A stretch of 64,000 bases of DNA from Eledone cirrhosa (Eukaryota), in contig OZ024748.1 of the NCBI GenBank assembly GCA_964016885.1, positions 50,964,001 to 51,028,000 of the forward strand. Direction: 5' to 3'. Shown here in pieces: positions 42,223-54,910 of the stretch; positions within the stretch are counted from its first letter, which is position 1; each line of letters begins with the position of its first letter. The translations under genes and the position numbers were made by a program. The notes beneath the pieces are model-generated. The model was not told the DNA's origin and made no database searches. It saw only the letters and a list, made by a program, of their open reading frames with translations.

Positions 42223-43845
42223 AAGAAATTAATAGTTTCGAGGTCGATAAATAAAATACTCCACTTAATATGCAGAAAAAGAAGTATCAAATATTTATAT
42301 TACATAAAACAAATGAAAAAATAATGAAGGAAACGTGGAAGCGAGGTTTGACACTACACATCATTTGGACAAAATGGCGGAAGCATTGCCGTGGAGAAGA
42401 GTAAGCGGCACATGCTGCATTAGCCAATCCACTTGACGGGGGTTCCTTCTTGAAGCAAAATGCACTAATCAACTCTCATATTTCGGAGGAAAATGGCACT
42501 TCGGGAATTGAGGACACTATAGCTCTCGACGGCAACCAACACGAAAAGGAAGTGGTCGGTCCAGATTCTGTTTCGTTACAAGTTGAAGTGATCTGATTTG
42601 TGACAAAAGTGAAAAGATTGGAGGTGGAGAACGTGTCGCAACACGTGGTGTACATGATTACAGATTTGTACCTTTAAATAGCAGAAAGGTTATCTAATCT
42701 GGGCACTTGTCATCAACACGATCGAAGTCAGCAGGCAACAGTCGTGATTTGAAATCGACGATTCAAGATGGCGTGCCGAAAGAAGCAGCTTGCACTGTAG
42801 TAACAAGAAAGTGAATATAATCCAAACTCGTCGACCATGGCAACAGCATTTTTGTCGCTCACACACGTGGAGGCCAATGCACAAATGTGGGTGGACTCCC
42901 CATCAAGAAGGGCATCGGTTGATGAGAAAGGCACCGAATTGACCATGTGCTACTGTTTTGCTGCAAGGTAGAACAAAAACAGGCGAGATGGTGGTGGTCC
43001 AAGGAAGACCCAGTGAGCATGCACGTTGACCTATACGTATTTCAATGGCCTAGTTACATCATCCGATCATGCCGCAACACGTCAACAACGTCATCAGGTG
43101 TGGATTGCAAATATATATATATATATATATATTACCTGCATTACAGCTACTACATGCTACCACCAGCAGTAACTCCAAAGTGCAACATGATAATGAACTC
43201 ATGTACAATCCCTCACATTCACTCCCTATTTTCCACATAAGTTTGCATGATTACTGTTTATATAAAGAAAATGAGGATGGTTCCGTCTCATCTTGCTGTT
43301 AAGAAACGGCCTCAGCAATAGATTATTTAGTTCTGTTTCTAGAACTTTTAATGTCATTAATACAGTAAATTGATATGTCTTCAGAAAACTGGAGCAAAGT
43401 GGAATAAAAGGTCTTGCTGAAGGACACAACGTGTTGCCTGCTATGTGCAGGAATCGAAATCACGACATTTACGATCGTAAATCAAACAACCTAACCACTA
43501 AACCACGCACCTCCACAATATATATATATGTGTTGTGTATGTGGGTGTGTGTGTCTACGCGCTTGTGTTTGTATGTGCGCACCCGCTTTTATTTATATGT
43601 GTATGTCTGTTTGTGCTTGTATGTATATATGTATGTGTTTCTGTGTGTGTGTCTATGCGTGTGCATGTGTGTGTCTATGCGTGTGCATGTGTGTATGGGG
43701 AGGGGCCGCTTCAGATTTTATGACTGAATAGTGTCATATATCATAATTTCTTAGCATGAAGTTTGGTTCTTATTCTCTTTGGTCTCTCCTTCTATCTCTC
43801 ATTCTCCCTCACTCTCTCTTTCTCACTCCCCTTTTCTTTCCCACA

Positions 43846-43876
<31 letters not shown>

Positions 43877-44940
43877 CCTTTTTCTTGCTCCCCTTTCTCT
43901 CTCTTTTTCCCTCCCTTTTCTTCATCTCTCTCTCTTTCTCTCCCTTTTTCTTGCTCTCTCTCTTTCTCTTCCAATTTCTCACTCCCCCACCTCTCTCTTT
44001 CTCTCTCATCCTTCTTGTTCTCTCTCCTTCTCTCTCTCTTACTTTCTCACTTTCTTTCTCCCTCTTTTATTAGCAGTCATTTCACATCTTCGTCTCCAAC
44101 GTCCCCTTTACATTAACCTTCCTTTACCTTTCCCTTCCATTGTCACATGTCTGCCACCTCACCCTAACCCACTCATTTCCTTTATTGCCCCTATTAATCT
44201 AAAAGTTAACCTTTCCTTCCTCTTTACTGATTTTAACATTATTTATTTATTTATACATATATTTACTTTTAGTCATTTTTTTTCATTTTTAAAGAAATTT
44301 TTAAAAACTCCCCACCCAACCACTCACACTTCAACCATTCCACGCCGCACTTTTCCCCCTCTCTCTCTTTTTCCATTACCAACCACAACCACCCAGTCAT
44401 GCAGTTAGACACACCATACAGACACATGCACAAACATTCAGTTTAAATGCATAAATTGAACACATACAACATTTTGTTGTCGTTTACGTATTTATTTTAA
44501 TTTTTAAGTATTTATTTATTTTATTTTAATTTGTTTCGATATATATATATATTTATTTATTCAATTTTATTCTATTTATTTTGTTTTATTTTTTTCTATA
44601 TGTATATTTATTTATTTAATTTTGCAGTGTTGCACAGCAGTCGCTCGGAATTGCATGAACAAATAGCTGATTGTCATTACCTGCTTGACATCAAAACCCC
44701 TTACCACTCTAGAACACTCTACCTCAACCCAGCAAAACTATTCCTCATACTACTCTTCCCATTGCCATTACCATCTCCATCCATCTTTCCTGTGTACCAA
44801 AGTGAACACCATTGGCATCAATGTAGTATTGCCACCACCATAATAATCATTGCTATATCATAGAAAACTGCCACCAACTTAATACAGAAACCTTGCGTTT
44901 AAAACTTTCGTAATTATATATGTTATATGTATGTCTGTAT

Positions 44941-45128
44941 GGACGGTGGATTGGCAGTATCGGTAGAGGGTCGGACGTCATGCTTTCCAACATAGTTACG
45001 TCCCTTTACGATCTGAGTTCAAATCCCGCCGAGGTTGACTTTGCCTTTCATCCTTACGGGGTCGATAAAATAAAGTACCAATAATGCACTAGGTAATTTG
45101 CTGGCCTTGTGCCTAAAGTAGAAACAGT
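44941..45128 (+). mobile_element. SINE family A, full length with ~19-bp TSD
   Basis: GTTATATGTATGTCTGTAT on both sides; intact A and B boxes. Confidence 0.9.
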
Positions 45129-45154
45129 TATATGTATGTCTGTATATGTGAGTG

Positions 45155-45193
<39 letters not shown>

Positions 45194-45362
45194 TGCCCAT
45201 GGAGTACGCTGAGATACAACCGGTCCTGGCATTGATAAATATGCTGGGTCCGTCAACTCATTATATATATATATATATATATATCGAACACCGTTATAAA
45301 ACCAACAACAATCATGGCCCACTACCATTTTGTGTCTTTCTCTGAGTGTGTGTATGTATGTG

Positions 45363-45401
<39 letters not shown>

Positions 45402-45809
45402 CTGTGAATATATCGTCATTATCATCGATTGCCCTCGGTTTTCCCTGCTAACACCGATATAAAACCAACAACAACCATGCCCCCAGCAACATTGCCACAT
45501 TCATTACCATGATCCTCATAAAATTATCACTTACAACACCACCTCGTGGCCTAATTTCAAAGCTTCAAAGTCGTTTTTCGAACTACTAAAATAGTGCCCA
45601 ATTCTTCATCATATTAATACCTCGTTAAAAATAGTCGGGTACAAAGGATGGCGAAGCCTTACATCCAGTATCTATAAAAATAACAGATAGGACAGTCTTG
45701 GCTTAAACACCATTGTTTATGGTTCTTCTCAATCAGCATGGAGTTGGCACTGAGTAACAACAATGTAATAGCCGTCACCTTTAGAACAACACCGTGCTGG
45801 ACATCCGTC

Positions 45810-46377
45810 ATTTTCGACGATGAGTGTTCCGGTTGATTCAATCAAACGAACTATATGCTCGTTAAATGACCGTGTATGACGCTGCGCATTCCACAGATAC
45901 GGGTATGTGCATCCTTAATGTAGTTCTCAGGGAGATTCAGCTTTACGCAAAGTGTGAGGAAACGGGCTCCTTGGATTACGAGTAGAATTCCTTTTTCTCA
46001 GCTGAGGGGACTAGAACAGCGAGAAACAAAATGACTTGCTCAAGGACACAACTCACCGTCCAACACAGAAATCGAACTCACAACCTTACAATCGTGAATC
46101 TAACATCCTAACCACTAAACACACCTTCATAGCAACACAGTAATGCTAGTAATAATGGTTTCTTATATAGGCACAAGGCCAGTAATTTGGGGGGCAGGGA
46201 AAATCGATTAAATCGACTCCAGTGCGTGACTGGTACTTTATTTTATTGACCCGACCACGTATGGATGAAAAACAAAGTTAACCTCAGCGGGATTTGAACT
46301 CAGATCATAAAGGGTCATAACTCTATGCTGCAAAGCATGGCGTCCGACCCTCTACGGATACTGCCAATCCACCGCCC
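45810..46377 (-). mobile_element. SINE family B-related copy (45810-46130) and SINE family A copy (46151-46377)
   Basis: B boxes on the minus strand; GTAATGCTA(G/C)TAATAAT is duplicated around the family A copy. Confidence 0.8.
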
Positions 46378-47501
46378 TAGTAATGCTACTAATAATAAAA
46401 CACCTGCTATTGTGGCGCCACCATTACCAACACACTGGTAAACCTTCCACTAGGGTATTGACCGTGGAAGCATCATTAACAACACCATTATCAACTATAA
46501 ACTGTATTACGAAGGCCAATAACAAAACAACGAGGAAGCGTCTACATTATCTCTCGATCTGCTATAAACTGCAGATAAATCTCTCTCAAATGGTAATCAA
46601 CCATCTTAAAGGGGATACGTTAGATAATGTGGTGCTGGCATCCTTGCAGGCAAGATACAGACAGACTGGTCACGGCTGGAAAGCTTTTGATGATAGGTCT
46701 TTTCGATTAGGTTGACCTAGGTCTAAGAATTAACAAATAACAAAGCAATATGAAATCGCCATCACCATGGCCAATATATTAACACCACCATCCCCATCAC
46801 CAAACCATACTACTGACACGACAATAACAGGCCGCCTATTGCCACCATTAGAAAACCACCACTACTACCAGATATAGCTCTAACGTTGACAACATACATA
46901 CTACCACCACATTCCCACCTCCCACCAACTGTAATAAACAGACACACACTTGAAAATGTGAATTTAATTGGAATCAAAAGTCAGCTCCTATTCATTCAGT
47001 GTGAAATACAGTGCAAAGGATTATGTTGTTATTTCCCCCCCACCCTTCTCCATCACACTCCTTCTCACAGCTTGGAAGAAGAAGAAGAAGAAAAAGTAAA
47101 AGAAAAAGAAAAAGAAAAAGAAAAAGAAAAAGAAAAAGAAGAAGAAAAAGAAAAAGAAGAAGAAGAAGAAGAAGAAGAAGAAGAAGAAGAAGAAGAAGAA
47201 GAAGAAGAAGAAGAAGAAGAAGAAGAATTAGCCCCCAGTTGAAACTGCCATTCAAGCCAACGGAGATGGATTTTTCATTCACTGTTTTCCGGTTTTCTAT
47301 TTTTTTTTAATTTTATATTAAATATTTTATCTTTGTGTAAAATTTTATTTTAAATACTTCGTATTTAAATAATTTTGATTTATTTGTATTATTTTTTGTA
47401 ACTTTTTTTCCTTTGTTTTCATTATAGCCATTCAACTCCTTGAACATCCCCAACAAGGAACAAATAACTTTTAAAAACAACAAATATACACATACATATA
47501 T

Positions 47502-47555
<54 letters not shown>

Positions 47556-47563
47556 GCATACAC

Positions 47564-47615
<52 letters not shown>

Positions 47616-48751
47616 TAATAGAAACAAAGAAAAATGATTTAAAATATAGAAAAATAGTTTAATGAAAACTAAAACAAACCAATCCAACATTTTAGTGACA
47701 ATAGAAGTAAAACAGACATAAACACACAACACACACAACGACGCCATGTTCTAAAAGAATAAGATCAAGTAAAGTGAAAAGTAATTTCTTTTGGGGTGAA
47801 TGAAAAATCTCAAGCAACGTATATGTATGTATATATATATATATATATTAAAATATGTGTGTGTGCGTATGTGTGTATTAGCTTCAGATCTGTGGACCTT
47901 GATAACCCACGTTGGAGGTGTGTCTGTGTGTGTCTATGTGTGTGTGTGCATGTGTGTGTACATATGTGTGTGTATGAGTGTGCTTCAATATGATTTGAAG
48001 AGTTGGCGATATCGCCGAATTTCATTTCTTTATTGAGTTTATTGTGATGAATGAAGTTCATCGTTAAATTACGTTGTAGTTTCCTGTAAGTAGCGTCCCG
48101 TATAAAGCTGATATCTACTTTTGATAGCCAAGTCAACTGCAGGGTGTAACGGGAGAACATACCTCCTTAACACACAGCTATAAATTGGTAGTGAAGATTT
48201 GAAAACCCACAAGGTAGACTTTAAGTGGTTATTCGATGTTCTAGAAATAGCAAACAAATCTCCCTTAAATTAAGTCCTCCAGTTACACAAAGGAATAGTT
48301 AGATACTATTGCCCAATGAATAATTTGCCTGGAAAAATTCGCGACGGTCATGCTTGAAAAGACCTCCTTTGAATATAAACAATAACTGACGATTTATGAT
48401 CCTATGCCTTTCCACCTTCCGTGGTCGATAAAATTAAGTACCTGTCAAGTACCATTGTTGATTTGATATATGCTGAAGCATCCTTGAATGGAAGGGAATT
48501 GAAATAGAAGCCTATAATAATAAATAGCCATATTATTAGAGGGAGTAAGAAATTACACACTGAAGTCTCTACATTTCTTTAATAATATTAAGAAATGAAA
48601 TGAAATGAAATCGAGTGAAGACAAAATTGAAACTAAGTTGCAAGTATCTGCCAAAGGAAAGGAGTTGGTCTTCAAATAGGACCAAAGAAAATGTTTCCGT
48701 TTTATTATTTTTTTTTTTTACCAGCGCTAATACTGTCTGATATATCTAACA

Positions 48752-48897
48752 CAGCCATGGGCAAACAGCGTCTCTTTTACTTTTCTGAATGTCAGCCTCA
48801 TTTCAAAATTGCCCTAAATTTTGTAGTAGTGCGGACCCGCCTTATGTTTGCCACATCATATGCAGCCCAATGCTCGAAAAAGGTTGCCTATGCCTGA
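48752..48897. mobile_element. hAT-type MITE
   Basis: TIRs CAGCCATGGGCAA / TTGCCTATGCCTG with GCGGACC/GCAGCCC subterminal motifs. A related end AAAAAGGTTGCCCATGCCTG lies at ~13905-13926. Confidence 0.6.
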
Positions 48898-49323
48898 CAA
48901 ACGTAAAGAGACGCGATTGGAACTAAGACAAAACAGAGCCAAATCAGCTACCACGAACTAGCAAAATCTTTAGTACATTGGATTAAATACATGGGTATTT
49001 GTTCTGATTCTCTGCTCCTTTTGTTCACATCCCGTTGTAGTTCAGAGAACCAATGATAAATACGACCACTCCTTATCAACAGCAAGAATACACCAGGCAG
49101 ATAAAATATTGTGCAATCGGTAGTCGAGAAATACTAGGTTCGACTCCTCACAGGCGCTACTGACCACATTTTCCGGTCTGGAGGGGTAATTTATTAAATT
49201 TTTTCAACTAATGATTGACTGTTACTACAGTCATTTTCTGATTGTAAAGTGTGTGTATATATATATTCATATGTATATATTAATACAAATAAAATTATTG
49301 TAGGTGTTATGTAACATTTAGTC

Positions 49324-49419
49324 TTATCTCCTGCTGACGAAATGCCTACGGATTACTTGTTACAAACACGATTCATTCAGGGCGAAACAGATTAAATCTT
49401 TAGTCTGTCCGGGAGATGA
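49324..49419 (+). ncRNA. extended type I hammerhead ribozyme motif with GUC site
   Basis: Stem I TTATCTCCTG/CGGGAGATGA (10 bp with G-U); CTGACGA at 49334-49340; stem II GCCT/GGGC after an AAT insert; GAAA at 49384-49387; stem III ACAGATTAA/TTAGTCTGT; GTC at 49407-49409. Confidence 0.75.
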
Positions 49420-49902
49420 AATGGTTATTGATATGGTATGTATGAGAAATCTTGTGAGAAATCTTGTAACATCCCATATGATTCAGGTTGAATGATATAT
49501 AACATTTGTGGTGTAATCAACCCTCGTAATTTTAGACACGGGTTTACTGTGTTTACTTCTACACATATGTATATATTAATACATATATTTCTGCTCTTAA
49601 CAGTAAATTTTAGTTGAGCTTATATTTTGTGGAGCAGATGCACAGCTATTTCTAGCATATCCGATGTCCTATCTGTATCTTCATATTATTATATTCCTCG
49701 CCATGCGCGTTCAATACTTATTTTAAAACTTTGGTGGTGAGTTATATATAATGCGTTTAGTAAGATGAAAATCTACTGACAATTGAGCGTTTCATATTAT
49801 GGGTCCAGCCATTTGTATTTTCACTCATGAAACAGATGTAAAGAATACTGGAATCTGGGCATTTTACCATTTTTAAGTACACTTTTTTTTTACTGGTATC
49901 CG

Positions 49903-49942
<40 letters not shown>

Positions 49943-50071
49943 CATACATACATACATATATACATATATAAATATATATATATATATATACTATCCGGAT
50001 GGCCTCCAAAAACAACGGTCACCTTTTTGAAAGGGTACGTCAATATCTATTTGTAAAACTGTTATATATTG

Positions 50072-50136
50072 TATTTTGTCTGATGAAGGCATACCATGAT
50101 TTAACTTGGTATCCTTGAAATATATATAAAGAAATA
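50072..50136 (+). ncRNA. decayed hammerhead motif
   Basis: CTGATGA at 50080; stem II AGG(C)ATACCA/TGGTATCCT; GAAA; TATATA stem III; stem I is imperfect. Confidence 0.4.
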
Positions 50137-50194
50137 AATATGGTTTTATAAATATAGTTTCCATTTATTAATATTGTATATATATATATATATT

Positions 50195-50497
50195 TATTAA
50201 AATAACAGATTAAAGTTTAAGCAAAGAATCGCCGCTTTCACCCTTAACGGGATCTTCTGAAACTAAAAAAAATCAATCTGTGAACGCGGAAGTAAATATT
50301 TCAAAAAACGTTGCAACCGAAGGAAGAATTTTTTTTTAGATTGATTTTTTTTAGTTTCAGAAGATCCTGTTAAGGGTGAAAGCAGCGATTCTTTGCTTAA
50401 ACTTTAATCTGTTATGTTAATAGATATTTGCTCTACGGTTCTTATATATTTGATATATATTTATCCTTATCGAGCCCTCTTTGGATTTTAGTCTTCA
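50195..50497 (+). mobile_element. fold-back element family F3: inverted repeat (50195-50280 / 50337-50422) plus tail
   Basis: Arms ...ACAGATTAAAGTTTAAGCAAAGAATCG...CTGAAACTAAAAAAAATCAATCT and their reverse complement; each arm carries the CAGAAGA hammerhead-like motif. An inverted relative lies at 61714-61930. Confidence 0.85.
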
Positions 50498-50656
50498 AAT
50501 TTATTATTATTACTATATATATATATGGAGAGTGAGAATCGATCTTACAACTCATCTCTCAGGTCTTATACTATTGCGCCTGTCCAATCGTACAAATACA
50601 CATAATGTTTGATACATTTGTCCAAACACTAACTTAGCCTTGAATTTATATATGTT

Positions 50657-50703
<47 letters not shown>

Positions 50704-51143
50704 TAAATTTATTTATTTATGTCTGTGTGTGTGTATGTAAATATATATATCTGTATTTGTGAGTATATATATATATATATATATATATATGGGTACTGTG
50801 CATAATTTTCCCCTATACCTAATTGAAATTATTTAATAATGAGGATTTTCGAAGTCGATATAAACATAAAGTGTTGGGTTTTTAATCACGAACAATAAAA
50901 GGTATTTCCCATTAATTCATTACATTTTTTGTTTCCAATCAAATATTGATAGTAGTTGTATCTTTCTTTTCTCTCTGTTGAACGTTTTTACAATTATTGT
51001 CGTCTGTGTCTGTGAAGCTAATTTGCGACTTACCTTTGAGTTTTTATTGTTCGAGTTTAAATGACTATTTTCTAATTTTATCTTTTTTATAAACTTTTCT
51101 ATGCAGTTTGTTTGGAAGAGTAAAGATCACAATCCTCTTATCA

Positions 51144-51215
<72 letters not shown>

Positions 51216-51289
51216 CACTGTCTCATCTTGTAAAGGAGCTACTGTTGAAGTATGTTGCTACGTTTTTTTTTATAGTAGACAAGAACAAC

Positions 51290-52170
51290 ATCGGAATTTG
51301 AATTATTTTCGAATTGTTCTCTGCTCTGAACATTCGTCATCGTCTATTTTTGTAAGGAACTATGTATACAAGAGATATAATGTTTGATGTTTCCCTATCT
51401 GGTTTTGTTTTGTTTTGTGTGAAATAGTGCATTGCAATTGCTCTTTATTGTAAGTGCATCCATAATAAGCAGGTGGTGGGGAGTGGTTAATACAAGTGAT
51501 ATCTGTCGTTTACAACGTTCAGGTATTCAATGAAATGTGTAAATCATATTAGTCATTAGTTGCTTCTTGCCGGATTACAGGCTTGTGGTTACTGATGAAA
51601 AGACATTTAATTTTAGGGCTTTTCTAGTATATTATGAGTTTCTGATTCAGTGTAATACAATTTCTGTTCGGTTTTATGAGGTTTCTGATAATGCATTTGA
51701 TTCATGTAATACGCTTTATGTGGAGTTTGCTTATTTTTAATAGTTATAGTGTCAGATGTATTTCTTGTAATGTGTTTGTATCGGTATTTTATTTAATAGT
51801 TTGATGTATTCGTTTGTTAGGATGATTGTTGTTGATTAGTGTCTGTTTCATCTGTCGATTGCTTCATCTGATGTTTCGAGAGCCGAGGGGTATCTAAATA
51901 TTCTTCTAAGTAGGGAATTCGGCACTAACGTTTTGTAATAATCTGGGCATTCACTGTCTCAATGTAGAGTATAAATATTTATGTTTATTTATGTGTTTTG
52001 TATATACAGGTGTGACGTGTCTCTTGTTTACTGTCTGAATGGTTATGGCTAGAAATGAAGCTATTGTATTACAAACAGAAATACTATGTATAGTGTTCAG
52101 GATGTTGAATTATAGGACGGAGTTTGAGGTTTGAGTAAAAACATATATAAAGTGGACATAAAGTAAAGAA
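51290..52170 (-). pseudogene. decayed Penelope-like element ORF (RT C-terminal half, linker, GIY-YIG endonuclease)
   Basis: Minus-strand pieces in the expected order: SFLAITIQ..VTPVYTK (LPFLDV..T.VY.K), DSECPDYYKTLVPNSLLRRIFRY (51890-51958), LINNNHP, YYMNQMH, TNMIYTFH (NVVY.F.C) and MHLQ*RAIAMH. Many stops and frameshifts. Confidence 0.75.
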
Positions 52171-52214
52171 ATTTCTAGATACTACCAAATAATCATTCCC
52201 TCCCATGTACACAT

Positions 52215-52580
52215 ACATACAGCAGGTCCGAACACAAAAGAACCAAACTACCTCTGTCACCAGCTTCATCTCTCACTATTGTGAGCAAATCGGGGCCCAC
52301 GCGTTGCCCGTCCAGCGGCCCCGGCGGACAGAATAGAGACGGCATTTCCCCGTAGAATGGTGAGAGAAACAAGCTGGAAGCGCCATTCCATCTCGCGAGG
52401 TCCACGCCTTCGGAATGCCAACTCTGTGACGATGGTAGTGACCGTGGATGTGGTCCTAAGGCCAAGGACACCAGAAGACCCCATTGCCACGGAGAGCAAC
52501 CGATATTTGGAGAGATTACTGTCCTCGGCCTGAGGTGCAGCAGAACTTGGGTTAGTCACATACTGCACCAGCTTGCTGCA
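52215..52580 (-). pseudogene. 3' fragment of a CRE-like non-LTR retrotransposon (restriction-like endonuclease end)
   Basis: ORF 52266-52568 reads AAPQAEDSNLSKYRLLSVAMGSSGVLG...RRGPREMEWRFQLVSLTILRGNAVSIL, matching AA..AE..K..KY / ET.G..G / DPRE..FL.QR.S....RGNA.S. It is a GC-rich island ending in (TGTA)n. Confidence 0.75.
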
Positions 52581-52981
52581 GTATATTCTATATCTTTCTT
52601 TAATATCTTGACCTCTTCTACTGTTTACATTACAATGTGTATATCGGCTACAAACCTAATGTATATCATATGTTCACTTTTTTTTTTTGTTACCACTTTA
52701 ACTTGCTCTTGTGGCTAGAAGGCTGAGGGGGCGCTAAGAAAAACATTGTTTGTATAATTTACGTTATAGACAGACCTGGTCGGCTGGAACGGGCAAAAGA
52801 GAAAAAGAAAGTAAGAAAGTAATTCTGTTGTAGAAATGAATAAGGATGTTTGTATATTATTGAAAGTTGTATATTGTATTATATAATTTCTATTGTTTCT
52901 GACATGGGAGCATTGATAAACAGATTTTTAACACCTGACGATGTCTAATAAGACAGGTCAGTAGCATATATATATATATAT

Positions 52982-53165
52982 AACGGAGGAAATGTGGTAA
53001 GGAACCAGGTGGACCATAACGTACCAAAGTACTCAATACTTAGGGTAGTAGAGTGGGTAAAAGGAACGAGTAGGACCCCGACGGCTGAGCTCAAGCCGTT
53101 TCGACGGCTAATTCTGGATTAGCCGTGGAAACGGCTTGAGCTCAGCCGTCGGGGTCCTACTCGTT

Positions 53166-53167
<2 letters not shown>
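52982..53167 (-). mobile_element. fold-back family F1 copy (tail to the left)
   Basis: Reverse complement of 39719-39917 with a shortened central spacer. Confidence 0.85.
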
Positions 53168-53202
<35 letters not shown>

Positions 53203-53268
53203 GTAAACATAAATAACAATACTATCGGTACAGTATATGGAAGGAATATATTAATAGCAGGAAGAGGG

Positions 53269-53304
53269 TCTTAACGTTTCGGGCGCTAGTCCTTCATCAG
53301 AAGA
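53269..53304 (-). ncRNA. minimal type I hammerhead ribozyme motif
   Basis: Minus strand TCTT-CTGATGA-A-GGAC-TAGC-GCCC-GAA-AC-GT-T-AAGA: 4-bp stem I, loopless palindromic stem III, GUU site. Confidence 0.7.
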
Positions 53305-53625
53305 AAGAATGAGAAATTAGAAAGATTGAAGAGACGGTGTTGGAAAAAATACTTTTAGAGAAAAATAACGGGTCCATTCTTGTTGCCATCTAATTAGAGT
53401 ATTATTCAAATCCTATTACTGTAATCAATTAATGTGATTGTTCAACAAGCATTAAAACCGTTTACAGTAGTGTTTTAATAGATGTACGAATTATTCGAAT
53501 TGGTAGATCCTGTGGTAGTTATATGTAATGCATACGATGAAACACGTGGAAGTGTAACTCAATAAAACTTATTCCCACTCATCTCGATTATGATGTTTGT
53601 TTTAATAATGTATGTATATATGTGC

Positions 53626-53661
<36 letters not shown>

Positions 53662-53879
53662 AGAAAGTGAGGTTTTTTTACAAAATGAAAAATAGCGGAG
53701 GTGTCCTACATGAGTGAAACTATAAAGAAAAATAGATGTAACCGAAAATGCAACTGGAGTCTTATTGACAACAAAATATATATATTTATTTGGTTCCTTT
53801 ACCGGTTTCGCAGTCCTTCTGCTTTTCAAAAGTTGAGTTGAGATGGAGGGCCTGTGGTTTTTCTCACATCTCCCTCTCT

Positions 53880-53977
<98 letters not shown>

Positions 53978-53983
53978 GGTGAA

Positions 53984-54357
53984 GGCGCGTGGCTGAGTGG
54001 TTAGAGAATTGGATTCGCAATCGTGAGGTTGTGATTTCTATTCCCAGACAGGGCGATGCGTTATGTCCTTGAGCAAAACACTTTATTTCACGTTGCTCCC
54101 ATGGAAACATTGTTTCATCGGTCCGATTTGACGAAAGTCGTTCGACTGTAAAAATATATGTGTGTGTGTGATGGCGCGTGGTTGATTGGTTAGAAAACTG
54201 AATTCGCAATCGTGAGGTTGTGAGTTCGATTCTTGAACAAGGCAGTGCGTTATGTCCTAGCTGGAGTTGTGACCGATAGATAGAATTAGCAATTGGGAAG
54301 ACCAACAGAAACATTTTTTTCCTCGGTTCAATTTGACGAAAGTCGATCGACTGTCGA
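53984..54357 (+). mobile_element. two tandem SINE family B copies
   Basis: GGCGCGTGGCTGAGTGGTTAGAGAATTGGATTCGCAATCG heads; shared 3' end GATTTGACGAAAGTCG. Close to 3368-3582 and 58765-58984. Confidence 0.8.
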
Positions 54358-54636
54358 TGTATATATATATATATATATTATTTGCCTTCTAACAACAATG
54401 AGATATTTTACCCTAAAATAGAGAAACAACAATTCTCGTGTAATTAATTATTTATATTTAAAGTTAATCAAATCCGGCCGGGGTTAGCTTTATATTTCAT
54501 TCTTACGGGGCGATGAAATAAAGTACCAGAAATACACTGGAGTCAATTTAGACAACTTCCCCTTCCTTTGAAATTGCTGGCCTTGTAACAAAAGTAGAAA
54601 TAATTATTTAGATATATTTACCCTTTTATATGTATA

Positions 54637-54910
54637 TCCCAAAAGTCAGCTCAAAAGTGACACAGATGAGACTGAGGTTAGCTGGACATGCTCACAGACA
54701 TCCAGAGTTGACACTGCACTCAGTAAACCTATGGGAACCCTTACATGGACACACTGGCAGAGGAAGACCGAAGTTAACATATGTTGATGCCCTAAGGACA
54801 GACACTGATCTGTTGGAGACGCAGTACATGGCAGTGATAATGAGGAACAGAGACCGCTGGAGAGAACTCGCCCATAGATCTCGGGAATTTTACCCGCCCT
54901 AGATAGATAG
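54637..54910 (+). mobile_element. RTE-clade LINE 3' end (ORF C-terminus, (TAGA)n tail)
   Basis: IPKVSSKVTQMRLRLAGHAHRHPEL...LWEPLHGHTGRGRPKLTYVDAL...RNRDRWR matches the RTE terminal motifs RLR.AGH / W.P / RGRP / DR..W. Confidence 0.88.

Noticed and set aside
52934-52965. CTGACGA-TGTCT-AATA-AGACA-GGTC hammerhead remnant (similar remnants near 2300, 25488, 32655, 56500, 62699)
   Set aside because: GAAA, the core or a stem is missing in each, so they are too decayed to call.
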